A stretch of DNA of 64,000 nucleotides from Eledone cirrhosa. Lineage: Eukaryota. A program made the translations under genes and the position numbers. Positions 62,244 to 64,000 of the stretch are shown here, piece after piece. The stretch covers positions 24,676,001-24,740,000 of the forward strand of contig OZ024749.1 of the NCBI GenBank assembly GCA_964016885.1. Direction: 5' to 3'. The notes below the pieces were generated by a model that saw only the letters and a program-made list of their open reading frames with translations, made no database searches and was not told the origin of the DNA. Position 1 is the first letter of the stretch. The number at the start of each line of letters is the position of its first letter.

Positions 62244-62298
62244 ACTGCTATATATATTTCGGTGTCAGCCATCCTTGGCTGTGACCTCTTCAGGCAGT
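62244..62298 (-). ncRNA. Type I hammerhead, family I (element about 62095-62500)
   Basis: ACTGC-CTGAAGA-GGT-CACAGCC..GGCTGAC-ACC-GAAA-TATATA-TA-GCAGT. Confidence 0.88.
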
Positions 62299-62640
62299 CT
62301 GAATTGGTGTGGTAGAGACAGGTACACATGTTGTTGAGGTGTTTAACTCCGTCAATACTCCGATATGCCCACTTCCTGGTTGGGTTGCTATTTCTCTGAG
62401 GAACTGGAATTATATGAATTCGAGCAAACGAAATTTCGGCATCAAAGGAACTCTCTCTTCCCATTGGTCAGTTGTGAAAACATTCCTCAGTCAAAAATCT
62501 ATAGAAATTTTTCTGCGGCAAGGCAATCTGTTGTGGTTGTTTTTGTTAAGTAGAGCTGACCTCCTCCCTTGTATTGGTGTTAGGTGGTCAGGGCATCAGT
62601 AGGCAGGTCAGCTTTAGTTCGGCTGCTGCTAAACATAGGT

Positions 62641-62763
62641 GTCGAAATGACATGAGCTCTGCCGTCGGGGTCATACTTTTTCCTATTACTCACTCTACTA
62701 CCCTAAGTATTGAGTACTCTGGTGCGTTAAGGTCCAGCTGGTTCCTTATCACAATTCCTTCAT
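62641..62763 (+). mobile_element. Family B 3' fragment with extension
   Basis: GTCGAAA..GAGCTCTGCCGTCGGGGTC...TTCCTTCATT-(TA)n. Confidence 0.8.
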
Positions 62764-62773
62764 TATATATGTT

Positions 62774-62817
<44 letters not shown>

Positions 62818-63055
62818 TAAAAAAATAATGAATAAAACAATGAAACAGTTCCTTATATTAAACAAAAAAAGTTCATTATTTAACGATCGTTTCTAGGATA
62901 TATATGTGTTAGAATTGGCATGCATATTCAACAGACCTATGTACAAAATTATACAAAATTATACAAACTATCAAAATTAAATATACATACCAAACACATA
63001 TATATGCCGTCTTCAGAAATAATGGACACTACCGTAAACTCTTGGTAGATTTATC

Positions 63056-63098
<43 letters not shown>

Positions 63099-63109
63099 GC
63101 ACGCACACA

Positions 63110-63194
<85 letters not shown>

Positions 63195-63537
63195 GTATGT
63201 ATATCTATATATGTATCTATGTATGTGTGGGGGTTGGTGGGCGTGTATTGGTGTCTGCAGCTCGCTAATTAAACCGTTTCCTGTTACAATCTACAAGATG
63301 TGTGATAATTAAATAATTACACAACGGAAATTATATCCATTCCACCCGCGTTGCGTTGAATTTCGTTTGATCTTAAATCTCTTAGAGACAGACTCGTGAT
63401 CTTGATATTTGAAACCTCCATCCCCTACCTTGCTACACGAAACCAGCATCGTCTTTGGCTAAGTTATGTATATATGGATATTTAAATACACACACAGGCA
63501 AACAAAAACACACGCACATTTTATGTATATATATATA

Positions 63538-63738
63538 TAACGAAGGAAATGTGGTAAGGAACCAGATGGACCATAATGCACCAAAGTACTCAATACTTAG
63601 TGTAGTAGAGTGGGTAATAGGAACGAGTAGGACCACGAAGGCTGAGTTCAAGCCGTTTCGAAGGGTAATTCTGGACTCAGTCCAGAATTAGTCGTCGAAA
63701 CGGCTTGAGCTCAACCGTCGGGGTCCTACTCGTTCCTA
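63538..63738. mobile_element. Family B fold-back element (decayed piece also at 63752-63800)
   Basis: Same layout as 35436-35628. Confidence 0.88.
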
Positions 63739-63919
63739 TATATATATATATGAAAAGATTCAGGACTCTAAGGGCTGAGCTCCAGTCGTTTCGACTGCTG
63801 CATCCAAACTGATATATATATAAATACATATACTAAGGGGCTTTCCTGGTGATTTCCTACAAATGAAACAGTTCTAGTCCTGTAGAAGTCATATTAAATT
63901 TTGTATATATATATATATA

Positions 63920-64000
63920 ATTATGTAATAAACAATATAAGATAATTATTTCATTTACCAGTGGTTTCTTGAAGATAGATATTTATATCTGTCTTCAGTC
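63920..64000 (-). mobile_element. Family K copy cut by the window edge
   Basis: Minus-strand TGAAGACAGAT..ATCTATCTTCAA-GAAACCACTGGTA-AATGA. Confidence 0.7.

Overview
AT-rich, microsatellite-dense eukaryotic DNA, probably from an octopus or another cephalopod (inferred from the SINE types and repeat landscape; not verified). No intact, recognisable host gene was found, and almost all listed ORFs are translations of simple repeats. The window contains a 60-bp minisatellite with a 1560-bp higher-order period, four decayed Penelope-like (PLE; RT and/or GIY-YIG) fragments, Tx1/L1 and RTE LINE 3' ends, tRNA-derived SINEs and Tc1/mariner remnants. The main signal is hidden between the (TA)n tracts. 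About 15 mutually dissimilar, short non-coding element families sit there (family letters are my own labels), and most carry a type I hammerhead ribozyme fold that I read by eye, several with compensatory changes between copies. Many share an asymmetric fold-back layout: one arm stops at a fixed end next to (TA)n and the other runs on into an extension. Several are 0.42-0.73 kb tandem or terminally redundant units that resemble retrozymes. In about 13 families the extension starts, usually 2-7 nt past the fixed end, with the same covarying bulged stem-loop, RYTC-stem-loop-stem'-TN-GARY. I do not recognise this motif from prior descriptions, and it is a candidate cis signal for a PLE reverse transcriptase. 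All folds and homologies were identified manually; no computation or database search was run.
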